Shown piece after piece: positions 26,487-36,129 of a stretch of DNA of 59,576 bases; positions within the stretch are counted from its first letter, which is position 1, and each line of letters begins with the position of its first letter. The stretch is from a virus, in IMG/VR virus record IMGVR_UViG_3300045988_178550, positions 1 through 59,576 of that record; one strand, 5' to 3'. The notes beneath the pieces were generated by a model, which worked only from the letters and a program-made list of their open reading frames with translations, made no database searches and was not told the DNA's origin. Both the position numbers and the translations under genes were made by a program.

Positions 26487-26983
26487 TTTCTTTCTCTCCT
26501 TTTTTTAAACACATCACTTAATGTTGATGGTTTTTGTTTTTGATTGTTTTGTATTTTTGATTCTTCTATAATTTCATCAACCGTTAATTTCCCTTTACCT
26601 TTTATTTTTGTAATAGGTTTTTGTTTATGTTTTACAATTTCTATAGGTTTTGCTTTTTCAAACTCCTGCCCTTTTAAATACTTTGATAAATTTTCAAGTT
26701 CTGCAGGAACAGTAGCAATAAGCATTGGCCCATCAACAAATTGTACAACAAAAATAGGAATTTTTCTATCAACAGTTGCATGATATAAAAGCTTTTCAAC
26801 ATCTAATCGTTTAAATGATACTTGATTAGATTCTGTGCTTTTTAATTGGCAAATTATATCATCATTATATCCATCTTCTTTTAATATTTCTCCTGCACCA
26901 CTTCTTGGTGTAGATTTTAGTCCAAGTTTTTCAATTACTTTTCTTTCATTTGCATACCAGAATTTTGAAGTCCTACGTTTCAC
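26468..26983 (-). CDS. PD-(D/E)xK nuclease, Hjc-like Holliday junction resolvase-like
   Basis: NERKVIEKLGL..TPRSGAG...DDIICQLKST layout resembles archaeal-type resolvases. Confidence 0.45.
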   Translation of the reverse strand: MKRRTSKFWYANERKVIEKLGLKSTPRSGAGEILKEDGYNDDIICQLKSTESNQVSFKRLDVEKLLYHATVDRKIPIFVVQFVDGPMLIATVPAELENLSKYLKGQEFEKAKPIEIVKHKQKPITKIKGKGKLTVDEIIEESKIQNNQKQKPSTLSDVFKKRRERKWMKRN

Positions 26984-27524
26984 GATTCAAAATTGCTCCT
27001 TGTTTAAGTGGATATAATGAAATACAAATTGCATCAGCCATATCATCATTGCCTTCAACATCAAAATCAAATTCATTTTTAATAAATTCAATTGTTTCTA
27101 ACTTTTTATTTGACGTTTTATGTTTTGATGTTCCAACAACTTTTGACTTCCAGCTCCTTGTATCAACAGAATAAACAGGAATGTCAAAAGTAAAAGCTAT
27201 ATCAACAATAGAAGCAATTAGAGCACCAGTTGCTGATATATAACTTTTTGAAATAAATCCTTGTGAAAATGTTCTAATTTTCTCACAAATTATAATTTTA
27301 GGATGATAATTTAAAATCAAACTTTTTACAACTTTTTTCACAGCATTACGTTTTTCTGTTTTTGTTTTCATTTTTTTAAAATCTATACTATCAGCATATA
27401 ATAATTTCCCATTTTCCGTTACCGCAATACCTGTTCTTGTATAACTTTCATCAATTCCAATTATAGGATATTGCAATGCATTTTTAATATATTCTAATTC
27501 TTCTTTATTTTTAATTTTAGCCAT
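26973..27524 (-). CDS. RuvC-like crossover junction endonuclease
   Basis: IIGIDESYTRTGIAV N-terminal catalytic Asp/Glu and C-terminal DDMADAICISL. Confidence 0.65.
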   Translation of the reverse strand: MAKIKNKEELEYIKNALQYPIIGIDESYTRTGIAVTENGKLLYADSIDFKKMKTKTEKRNAVKKVVKSLILNYHPKIIICEKIRTFSQGFISKSYISATGALIASIVDIAFTFDIPVYSVDTRSWKSKVVGTSKHKTSNKKLETIEFIKNEFDFDVEGNDDMADAICISLYPLKQGAILNRET

Positions 27525-27528
27525 ACAA

Positions 27529-27897
27529 TCACCTGCATAAATTATATGATTTTACTTCAACACCAAGATTATCTGGTAAAATAAAAGCTTTCTGTTCTTC
27601 ATTGTAATGTTTCATAAACCAAGTAAAAATACTTGCAGCTTTTTGCAAATTTTTATCGGTTGCATATTGAACAAAAGTAACATTTTCCAAACCTATATAA
27701 CCAAGAAATTTTTTCTTAAGTGTTAAACCACATTCCTTATTTCGATATGAATATGATTTCAATTCCACAGAACAAAAAACACTTAATGGTTTTAATAAAA
27801 ATTTATAAAAAGCATTCGTTTTTAAGTTCACTAATTTTAATTCAATTGATTCTTCATCATTACATTCAATAATGATTTGTCTAATTCCAATTTCCAT
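27529..27897 (-). CDS. hypothetical protein
   Basis: 122-aa ORF. Confidence 0.5.
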   Translation of the reverse strand: MEIGIRQIIIECNDEESIELKLVNLKTNAFYKFLLKPLSVFCSVELKSYSYRNKECGLTLKKKFLGYIGLENVTFVQYATDKNLQKAASIFTWFMKHYNEEQKAFILPDNLGVEVKSYNLCR

Positions 27898-27933
27898 TTT
27901 ATCGCCTCCTAAAAATAATGGCTTTACATATAT

Positions 27934-27962
27934 ATTATATCATACTTTATTAAATTTGTAAA
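27934..27962 (-). promoter_or_regulatory. sigma70-type promoter (TTTACA-N17-TGATATAAT)
   Basis: Minus strand -35 at 27962-27957, -10 at 27939-27934. Confidence 0.6.
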
Positions 27963-27967
27963 TATTT

Positions 27968-28750
27968 TTATAATTTTTCTTTCCTAATTCCAAAACATGT
28001 ATCTGACATTGGACAATCCTGTGCCCTTTTGCATGTTAAACTTCCACATTTGCGTTTCACCAGTTTTCCCTCTGATAAAAGTTTGTCCTTATATGTGGAT
28101 ATTTTATATAACCTTTCCAAATAGGGCCTTACAACATTAAAGTCATAATCATAGGCCAATATTTTTATCTCCTGTGTATTTTTGTCTTCACATAAAACGA
28201 ATCCTTGAGGTATACAAGTAAAATGCATATATAATTGTAATTGTTTTGTCCCTTTTGGATGAGTATCTTTTAAATGTTTAAATGCAAAAGTATTCATTGA
28301 CTTAATTTCACAAACATAAAACTTACCATTAATTTTAACAATTGCATCAGGAGTCATATATAAATCCAATGATTTTGAATAGCCCCTATCTTCAATTGCT
28401 ACAGCAATTCCTGCATTCTTAAACATCCTCTGCCATTTTTCATGAATTGCTTCACCTTCACGAAATATTCTTGCTAAGCTTACCGACATTTCTTCCTTTT
28501 CAGCCTTATTCCTTTTGTATACTAAACTAAGGACCTGTTCCCTATAACAAAAATTATTTTCACTATCAATGATTGCTGAAGCATGTAAACCTTTTCTGTC
28601 TTCATCCTCTTTTGACTTAACAAAAAATAATGAATTTAATTTATTTTCAAGCATTAAAGATAATGTAGATGATGGTTCAACTTTAATCCTGCTCCTTTTT
28701 ACTGCATCTGCAATCGCTGCACTTTTATTCATCATCTTCATCCTCCTCAA
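27968..28750 (-). CDS. Cas4/RecB-family PD-(D/E)xK exonuclease
   Basis: YVCEIKS core, one N-terminal Cys and a C-terminal CGSLTCKRAQDCPMSDTC cluster (4-Cys Fe-S layout). Confidence 0.65.
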   Translation of the reverse strand: MRRMKMMNKSAAIADAVKRSRIKVEPSSTLSLMLENKLNSLFFVKSKEDEDRKGLHASAIIDSENNFCYREQVLSLVYKRNKAEKEEMSVSLARIFREGEAIHEKWQRMFKNAGIAVAIEDRGYSKSLDLYMTPDAIVKINGKFYVCEIKSMNTFAFKHLKDTHPKGTKQLQLYMHFTCIPQGFVLCEDKNTQEIKILAYDYDFNVVRPYLERLYKISTYKDKLLSEGKLVKRKCGSLTCKRAQDCPMSDTCFGIRKEKL

Positions 28751-29666
28751 CTTCTGCTCTTAGCCTTTTTAGCTCCTGATTCCTTTGCTTCATAATTTCT
28801 TTTCTAATTTGTGGAACATCATCAACAGGGACAAATCCCCTATCAAAAACAATTGCCAATGTACATTCCCCTAAAGGATTGCAAACTTTACTTTTTATAA
28901 CTTTTACCTTCATAATCATACCAATAATTTCTTTTGCTGCTGAGTTCGCAGGATTCTTATTCGGTACTTCAATCCAACTCATTCTATTCACTTGCAACCT
29001 AATTGAAGCAAAATGTTTTAATGCCCTACCACCAGGTGTATGAGTTTGAGGACCAAATAATCCTGCCTTCATTTCATCTCTCAATTGATTGATAAAAATT
29101 ACTGTTGTTCCAGATTGCTCACATAATGTTACAAGTTTTGGAAGTTTTGCAGCTAATAATGCAGCAATTCTGCCACGTTGGCCTTCCTTCTCCATGTCAT
29201 CTTCTTCGAATTCTTTCCTCGTTATCATTGAAGGAACAGAATCTATAACAACCAATGGAACATTTGCTTTTGATACTTCTTGGATTGTTTCCATGCATTG
29301 TTCTCCATATTCACATCTACGAATAAACAACTGCCCCTTTTTATTTCCAAATATTTTAGCCCTTTTAGCATCAAATGTCCCTTCAATAGGAATATCAACA
29401 GCAACTTCATGTTGAGCAAGTAAATGATATGCCAATGTAGTTTTTCCTGCGGATTCAGGCCCAAACAATTCAATAAACCTGCCATAGGGAATTCCACCAC
29501 CAAGTATATTGTCTAAATCTTCTAATCCTGTAGACCATCTATCAACAACAAAAGTTGACTTTTCAGAATCCAATGAAAAAATGCTTCCAACACCATATTC
29601 CTTTTCAAATGCTTTTAATGTTGCTACTAATTTCTTTTTATCGATAGCTTTAGCCATCATTAACAC
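28725..29666 (-). CDS. RecA-family recombinase
   Basis: GGIPYGRFIELFGPESAGKTTLA Walker A, VVIDSV Walker B, TTVIFINQLR. Confidence 0.8.
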   Translation of the reverse strand: MLMMAKAIDKKKLVATLKAFEKEYGVGSIFSLDSEKSTFVVDRWSTGLEDLDNILGGGIPYGRFIELFGPESAGKTTLAYHLLAQHEVAVDIPIEGTFDAKRAKIFGNKKGQLFIRRCEYGEQCMETIQEVSKANVPLVVIDSVPSMITRKEFEEDDMEKEGQRGRIAALLAAKLPKLVTLCEQSGTTVIFINQLRDEMKAGLFGPQTHTPGGRALKHFASIRLQVNRMSWIEVPNKNPANSAAKEIIGMIMKVKVIKSKVCNPLGECTLAIVFDRGFVPVDDVPQIRKEIMKQRNQELKRLRAEVEEDEDDE

Positions 29667-32366
29667 CTACCTTACTTGAATTTCCCTATGGTATATTTTT
29701 CTATTCTCAATTATTACTTGTTTCTTCCTTACATTTTCATTAAATTCTAATGCACCTGCATCAATCAATGCCTTAACAACCCTAGCATTACAAGTCCTTT
29801 TTTCATTTTTATCTTCAAAATCAGGTTTATCAAGGTATGGCCCATTTTTAGCAATTGCTTCCGCTGCCTTTTCACCAACACCTTTAATTGTTGTTAGCCC
29901 CCTTGATATGCATTTACCACCAAACATTTCAACTGCACCATAATTTGCTGTCCCATTAACATGCGGTGGAAGTATTACAATTCCTGCTTTTGATGCCTCT
30001 GTTTCATATACTGCTAATTTTTGTTCATCAGATTCATTTTGTAATGTTATCAACCAAAATTCAAATGGATAATGCACTTTGTACCACATTTGTTGAAAAC
30101 TTAATAAACAATATCCAACTGCATGACCTTTGTTAAATAAATAACCATTTAACATACTTTCAAATAAATCACTATATTCTTTCTTTGAATATTCTTTGTT
30201 TACTTTTCTTGCATGTTTTAAGAATTTTTCCCTTATTCCACCAGGCCCAAAAATAATTTGCCTTTTTTGAATGTTATCATTACTATGTAAGTCAAGTCCT
30301 TTCATTAGCATTTCTGCTTCTTCCCAATCAAGTCCACCTAATTGAGTACATATTCTCAAAATATCTTCCTGATACACGAAACATCCATACGTTTCAGGTA
30401 AGTATTTTGCTGCAATATAATCAGCATTTTCATTATTATTTTTAGCATTTGCAAATTGTTCTGGCATTCCACACCCTAATGGACCAGGCCTATTCAATGC
30501 GGATACTGCAGCAACATCAGCAAAATTTGTTGGTTTAATTAATTCAAGAATTCCTTTTGCTCCAGCTTTTTCATACTGGAATACTCCATTTGTATCACAT
30601 TCCCTAAATGCTTTTATAACTTTTTTATCAGTTAACATCTTTTCATCATATTTTGCACCTGTTAACTTTTCTAATTGTTTAATAATTGATACAGTCCTTA
30701 AGCCTAAAATATCCATTTTTAATACTTTAAGAACATGTAAATCATTTAAATCAAAACAACTTTGATAATTACTTCTAACCCTTATTAAAGCAAATTGGTC
30801 AGTTAATTTCCCACAAGTTATAGCAACTCCACCTGCATGCCTTCCCATAAAACGTATTTGACGATAAAATTTATAGAACAATGTTACTACTCCTGTTTCA
30901 TCATCAATTTGCCTTAACTTTTTATTGTTTAATAATGGCTCAAGCTCAATATCAATGCCACCCATTGCAGTAATACTTGGATATACGACTCTGATTTCTT
31001 TTTTCATAATATCCATGTATTCTTTTGGCAAATCCTCTCTGACCCTAAATAAATCATTGATTAGATTGTCTGCTTTATATAATCCATAAGTTGTTATTTG
31101 TGCTGTTCTCCCTTTATATCGATTGTGGATATAATCAATAACTTCTTGCCTACGTTCTGACTCAAAATCCATATCAATATCAGGCATTTTATGTTTACCT
31201 GGTCTTAAAAACCTTTCAAACATTGTACCTTGCTGGATAGCATCAACATCAGTAATTCCTAAAGCATAAGCAATAATGCTCCCACAAACAGATCCACGAC
31301 CATGTCCATAACCAATATCATTCTTTTTTGCAGATGCAATAATGTCCCAACAGAGAATGAAATAATCTTCAAAACCTAAATCAAAAATAATGCTTAATTC
31401 ATATTTTGCTCTTTGAATATACTCCTTGTTCCACTTACCTTTTGCTTTCAATCCTTCCTTAATAAGCCTTTTAATTAATGTTTTTGTGTCCTCACCATAA
31501 TCGACTTTCGGAATATCTTCAACAAACAAATTGTCTAAATCAACATTACATTTTTCAACAATTTCTGCCGTATTTTTTAAAAGCGGAATTGCACTCCTTT
31601 TATGCCTTTTTTCAAACCTTGCTTTTACTTCATTTTCTGATGGCATGTAACGAGATGAATAATCAGCATACATTGTACGATTGCCAATCTTATACATTAA
31701 TTGATATGCTTCATAATCTTCAGGTTTTATAAAATGACTATCAGTTGTTATAATTGGTTTATATTTATATTTATCACAAATCTTTAAAAGCACATTATCA
31801 ACTTTTAATTGAATATCATTCCCATTATCATCAACAACTTTGTATGGCATTATTTCAATATATAAATCATCACCAAATATTTGTTCTAAAAGCCTAATTC
31901 TTTTTAATGCTTTTTTATTATCATTTTCAAGAATTGCACTTGATGCTACTCCTGCTAAACATGCAGTAGAACAAATTAGCCCTTCATGATACTTTTTTAA
32001 CAATGCCATTGTAACAACTGGTTTACGATAAAAATTTTCAACATTTGCAGCTGTCATCAACCTCATTAAATTTTGATATCCAATTTTATCTTTGCAAAAT
32101 AAGCACATGTGATAATATCTTTTTTCTTTATCAAATTTCGGTTGAAAATAAATTTCACAACCTAAAATTGCTTTAATTCCAACATCCTTACAAGCTTCAT
32201 AATGAGCAACTAATCCTGATATGCTACCATGTTCAGATATTCCCAGTGAAGTTAGCCCTAATTCATTTGCATATCTTGCTGCATCCTTTTGTCTCCCAAA
32301 TCCATCAAATAAACTAAATTCTGAATGTCTATGTAAGTTTGTCCATCCATACATTATCTTCTCCAC
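29667..32366 (-). CDS. dnaE: DNA polymerase III alpha subunit (DnaE-type, PHP domain), short form
   Basis: N-terminal PHP motif LHRHSEFSLFDG...ISEHGS; palm/fingers region conserved; 899 aa. Confidence 0.85.
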   Translation of the reverse strand: MEKIMYGWTNLHRHSEFSLFDGFGRQKDAARYANELGLTSLGISEHGSISGLVAHYEACKDVGIKAILGCEIYFQPKFDKEKRYYHMCLFCKDKIGYQNLMRLMTAANVENFYRKPVVTMALLKKYHEGLICSTACLAGVASSAILENDNKKALKRIRLLEQIFGDDLYIEIMPYKVVDDNGNDIQLKVDNVLLKICDKYKYKPIITTDSHFIKPEDYEAYQLMYKIGNRTMYADYSSRYMPSENEVKARFEKRHKRSAIPLLKNTAEIVEKCNVDLDNLFVEDIPKVDYGEDTKTLIKRLIKEGLKAKGKWNKEYIQRAKYELSIIFDLGFEDYFILCWDIIASAKKNDIGYGHGRGSVCGSIIAYALGITDVDAIQQGTMFERFLRPGKHKMPDIDMDFESERRQEVIDYIHNRYKGRTAQITTYGLYKADNLINDLFRVREDLPKEYMDIMKKEIRVVYPSITAMGGIDIELEPLLNNKKLRQIDDETGVVTLFYKFYRQIRFMGRHAGGVAITCGKLTDQFALIRVRSNYQSCFDLNDLHVLKVLKMDILGLRTVSIIKQLEKLTGAKYDEKMLTDKKVIKAFRECDTNGVFQYEKAGAKGILELIKPTNFADVAAVSALNRPGPLGCGMPEQFANAKNNNENADYIAAKYLPETYGCFVYQEDILRICTQLGGLDWEEAEMLMKGLDLHSNDNIQKRQIIFGPGGIREKFLKHARKVNKEYSKKEYSDLFESMLNGYLFNKGHAVGYCLLSFQQMWYKVHYPFEFWLITLQNESDEQKLAVYETEASKAGIVILPPHVNGTANYGAVEMFGGKCISRGLTTIKGVGEKAAEAIAKNGPYLDKPDFEDKNEKRTCNARVVKALIDAGALEFNENVRKKQVIIENRKIYHREIQVR

Positions 32367-33307
32367 CTTTGCGTAAATTTTTCAACAAATTGTGGACATT
32401 GCAGCATATCCTTTTGACCTGCCTTGTATAAAATTTCATTTGCAATAATGTTCATATGATTACTTGTACGATACTTATTATCTTTACAATGTTGTTTAAA
32501 CATTTCACTATTTGCAAATAAATCAAATCTTCCCTTTTTAGTAGCATCAACAAATGCTTTATAAATTTTTGCTTGTTTCTTCCATTCTTTCAAATTATTA
32601 CAATTGTATGTTAATACTTCTTCAGAATTCTTCATCATTTCAAAAATTTCAAAATTTTCTTGATAAACATGAAGGCTTCCAACTTGATGAACATAAGTAC
32701 CAACATTAACACCTAATGAATTTGCAATAACTTCTTGAATGTTTGTAAAATTATAAATATCATAAGGCATTCCAAGTATTGCATCATTAGACCTCATTGT
32801 AACAATCAAATGTAGTTGATTATCACGAAGCATAAATTGTAAAGCAATTGTGCAAGGAGTATCATGACCAGAATAGTTTAACAAATCACATTCATGGCTA
32901 TAAATTGTTAAAACTGCTTGCCTTGTATCTTTATCTTTTCTTATTTTATCAACAATTGTTTGAAGTCCTTTAGCTATACGATATCCATAAGCTCCATGCA
33001 TTGTCATTCCATCATCACTAAATAAACCCATTTTTGAATTAAATGCCGTAAAATACTTTAACTTATCTTCTTTTAAAGCAAATAATAAAGATTCAATTGT
33101 TGCGTATACAATACTAAATTTTCTTTCAGGTAAATATGCCAATCTACTTCTTGGATTAGTTAAAACAATTTGAACTGCGGGAAGTTCTTTTGTAACTTTC
33201 CCTCTTGGATTCACATTAAATGCATCAACGAATTGTGTATTTAATTCTTTATATAATTCAGCAACACTTGAAACAATGATACTCATTTCATTCACCTCAA
33301 TTTTCAA
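32354..33307 (-). CDS. ThyA-fold pyrimidine dNMP hydroxymethylase/methylase, predicted dCMP-specific
   Basis: Catalytic Cys in HDTPCTIALQF. MRSNDAILGMPYDIYNF aligns to TS QRSCDVFLGLPFNIASY, with Asp replacing the uracil-specifying Asn, as in T4 gp42. Confidence 0.65.
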   Translation of the reverse strand: MKIEVNEMSIIVSSVAELYKELNTQFVDAFNVNPRGKVTKELPAVQIVLTNPRSRLAYLPERKFSIVYATIESLLFALKEDKLKYFTAFNSKMGLFSDDGMTMHGAYGYRIAKGLQTIVDKIRKDKDTRQAVLTIYSHECDLLNYSGHDTPCTIALQFMLRDNQLHLIVTMRSNDAILGMPYDIYNFTNIQEVIANSLGVNVGTYVHQVGSLHVYQENFEIFEMMKNSEEVLTYNCNNLKEWKKQAKIYKAFVDATKKGRFDLFANSEMFKQHCKDNKYRTSNHMNIIANEILYKAGQKDMLQCPQFVEKFTQRWRR

Positions 33308-34145
33308 TTATTTCTTCAATTATTTCTTTTAAACATAATTGCTTGTCTTTAATATTCCTTTTGCATTCATATAGCATACTTTTTACAAAATCAACATTTC
33401 CTGGCATATTACAATAATTCATCAAATGCTTTGCTTCACGACCAGTTTGTACTCTAAAAAATCCAGGAATTTTAAAATGATTATCAGCATCATATGATAT
33501 ATCAACAACCGGAACAGATCCCATTGAAATGCATTCAACATATCTTGATGTTACCCAATTATATTTTGTGTATAAATCCCTTGCAATAATTAAATGATAT
33601 TTATATGCCATTGCAGTATCATAATACTTATCGTATGAAAGCCTGTTGTCAACATTTCCATGTTTAACAAAACATTGCATAAAACATTCATCATGATATT
33701 TCTTTAATGTAATGTCACGCCCATCATTTAATCCACCACCAAAAAATAAAACATCTTTGTATATTTTATCAACAACTTTATTATATTTGAAAAATAATTC
33801 AGGAACATAATTATATGAATAATTTTTTAGCCAATCATATTTACTTGGTAAACAATGAAATTGTCCTAAAACATAATCACACAATCCAACTATTTTGCTA
33901 CATTTGTCTAAACAATATAAGTCTGTTGCAATAAAAATTTTTGTCATTTTACTTGCTTGCAACATTTCACTTAGTTGCTCATTTTCCTTATCTGTGATTG
34001 CACCACCAATGAGTATAATTACATCATCAATATTTTTGACTCCTTTAAGTGCATCTACAATCAACAAATATTCATAATATCCACTATTTACATCTGCATT
34101 ATTTCGATAATAATCTAAACCTAATTTTTTAATCATCATTATCAC
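33297..34145 (-). CDS. putative DNA (hydroxymethyl-base) glycosyltransferase, T4 beta-glucosyltransferase-like
   Basis: DVLFFGGGLNDGRD and HLIIARDLYTKYNWVTSRYVECISMGSVPVVD parallel T4 BGT DVIYGGSFRSGQRE and ALIIGDKNYNDNFITLRVWETMASDAVMLID (from memory). Confidence 0.4.
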   Translation of the reverse strand: MIMMIKKLGLDYYRNNADVNSGYYEYLLIVDALKGVKNIDDVIILIGGAITDKENEQLSEMLQASKMTKIFIATDLYCLDKCSKIVGLCDYVLGQFHCLPSKYDWLKNYSYNYVPELFFKYNKVVDKIYKDVLFFGGGLNDGRDITLKKYHDECFMQCFVKHGNVDNRLSYDKYYDTAMAYKYHLIIARDLYTKYNWVTSRYVECISMGSVPVVDISYDADNHFKIPGFFRVQTGREAKHLMNYCNMPGNVDFVKSMLYECKRNIKDKQLCLKEIIEEIIEN

Positions 34146-34650
34146 CTGCTTTTAACCATGCAACAATATCCACTAATGTTGACCAATCACAAAATATCGT
34201 TTTCAATTTCAATTTATTACAATATTTCTGAAATAATTCATCATGTTGGCTTTGATTTTTCCCATTTAATGATGCTGACAATTCAATGTTTGCAGGTTTA
34301 ACATATATGATTGTTATATCAATTTTTTCATTTTTCTGCTCTTCAATCAATTTATTATGAATGATATTAAAATATTCATCAACATAATCCCTATTTCTTT
34401 CAATTGCAGAATAAACAACCTCAGTTAAGAAAAATCTATCACAAATAACATTTAAATCTAATTGTTTAACAACTTCAATGAATGTGAACGTCTTTTCAAC
34501 AACAGAAATTAGATTGCTATGATTGTGGTCATAATATCCATGGTCCTTGTATATATGCATTCCTGTTTCATTACTTAAAATTTTTGCAAGTGTTGTTTTT
34601 CCAACCCTATCAATTCCTTCAATTGCGATTATTTTAGCCATTATTTTCAC
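34129..34650 (-). CDS. dNMP (thymidylate-type) kinase
   Basis: IAIEGIDRVGKTTL P-loop typical of Tmk-family kinases. Confidence 0.7.
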   Translation of the reverse strand: MKIMAKIIAIEGIDRVGKTTLAKILSNETGMHIYKDHGYYDHNHSNLISVVEKTFTFIEVVKQLDLNVICDRFFLTEVVYSAIERNRDYVDEYFNIIHNKLIEEQKNEKIDITIIYVKPANIELSASLNGKNQSQHDELFQKYCNKLKLKTIFCDWSTLVDIVAWLKAGDNDD

Positions 34651-34982
34651 CTTTTTTCTTTTTTAATTCTTTCAAAAACAATGCTTTGTTTGTCACAAAT
34701 CATTTCTTTAATTGCTCTACAATTATAACCTTCAGCCAACGTTAAATTAATTAAAAATAGCCAGCAATCAGCTAATTCTTCTAATGTACTCCATTCATCA
34801 CGTGTTCCTTTATGAAACGGCTTCCATGTTTTATCAGCCTGAAGGACTTCACCAACCTCACTTACTAAACCTAATGCAAAATAACTTACTAAATCTGGCT
34901 CATGTTTTGGCAACGTTTTATTGAAAGCAATTTTTTGCAACTCAATTTGTTTTTGAAAAATATTTTCCATTGTTTTTTCCAT
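34647..34982 (-). CDS. MazG-like all-alpha NTP pyrophosphohydrolase
   Basis: GLVSEVGEV and EELADCWLFL metal-binding helices. Confidence 0.6.
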   Translation of the reverse strand: MEKTMENIFQKQIELQKIAFNKTLPKHEPDLVSYFALGLVSEVGEVLQADKTWKPFHKGTRDEWSTLEELADCWLFLINLTLAEGYNCRAIKEMICDKQSIVFERIKKEKR

Positions 34983-34993
34983 TTTATTTCACC

Positions 34994-35236
34994 TTAATTC
35001 CTTTTAATAATTCTTGCGTTTTTTTTATCAACATCATTCCAGCAATTGCATTCAAATAAATGCCACATTTTTTTTACTTTAATATTTTGCGGTATATGTT
35101 TTATAAGTTTATTTGACTTAAAAGGGTCAAGCACAACTATTTCATCATCAATGCTTTCAACAATAGCATCAAAAAAGCTTTTTGTTGTGATTACTACATT
35201 ATTTTCAAGAATTCCAGCAAATAAGATTCCAACCAT
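34994..35236 (-). CDS. hypothetical protein
   Basis: 80-aa ORF. Confidence 0.45.
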   Translation of the reverse strand: MVGILFAGILENNVVITTKSFFDAIVESIDDEIVVLDPFKSNKLIKHIPQNIKVKKMWHLFECNCWNDVDKKNARIIKRN

Positions 35237-35295
35237 TATTCATTCCTCCAAAATTAAATTATGCCGACTAACATCTTCATTAGCCGGCATAATAA

Positions 35296-36129
35296 TTATC
35301 TCCTACGTTTCATTCTTGATTTGTTGGCTACTGAAGCTTTAGCTTTTTTCTTAGGAGGAGGCAATTCATCTTCTTCTTCGTCCTCCTCCTCATCTTCATC
35401 CTCATCTTCATCTAAATCTTCATCATAGTCATCATCCTCTTCATCTTCTTCTTCATCTTCAATTTCATCTTCATCGTCTTCATCTTCATCATAATCATAT
35501 TTCTTAGAAGGCTTTACTTTTTGTTTTCGTTTTCTTGGTGTTTCATCCTCTTCTTCTTCACCAATACGTTCAATGTATTCTTCAACTGTTTCTTCTTCAC
35601 TTACCGTATTAAATGCTGCAAACAACATTTCAAACATTTTCTTTTTAGTAAACGGTTTAACATTTGCAGTGAATTTAGTGATTTTCCCTGTAGGAATAAC
35701 AGCATAACTTGTATCTGTTCCTGTACCATTTCTTTGGATTACCATATCCTGAGAAACAATATCACCAAGTGTCTCATAAACCGCTCCAAGTGCAGGTAGT
35801 GGAGTTGACCTTGCAGCTTTAAAGAAAAATAATTCTTGTTGTTTTGTTTCATAATTATAAACCGGCCAACAATAATGTGATTGTGTTCTTACATCACTAT
35901 CTGAAGTATCACAGTTAGGACATTCAACCCCTTTGTATCTCAAACAAGGATGTTGAAAACCTTGCCATTTTGTATGCATTACAACTTCAATACCATCTTC
36001 AAAATCAACTAAGAACCTTACCCTTACCTTGTCTCCTGCTTTCTTAATACCAAACAGGTTTTTGAAATTGCCTCCTGATTTTGCAATATCAGATTTGATT
36101 GCATCAAGAATGCTTCTTTTTTCTGTCAT
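35296..36129 (-). CDS. gp32-like ssDNA-binding protein with a long acidic tail and basic terminus
   Basis: HPCLRYKGVECPNC Zn-ribbon-like His/Cys cluster, OB-like core, about 70-aa D/E tail, then PPPKKKAKASVANKSRMKRRR. ATGA overlap with primase. Confidence 0.5.
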   Translation of the reverse strand: MTEKRSILDAIKSDIAKSGGNFKNLFGIKKAGDKVRVRFLVDFEDGIEVVMHTKWQGFQHPCLRYKGVECPNCDTSDSDVRTQSHYCWPVYNYETKQQELFFFKAARSTPLPALGAVYETLGDIVSQDMVIQRNGTGTDTSYAVIPTGKITKFTANVKPFTKKKMFEMLFAAFNTVSEEETVEEYIERIGEEEEDETPRKRKQKVKPSKKYDYDEDEDDEDEIEDEEEDEEDDDYDEDLDEDEDEDEEEDEEEDELPPPKKKAKASVANKSRMKRRR

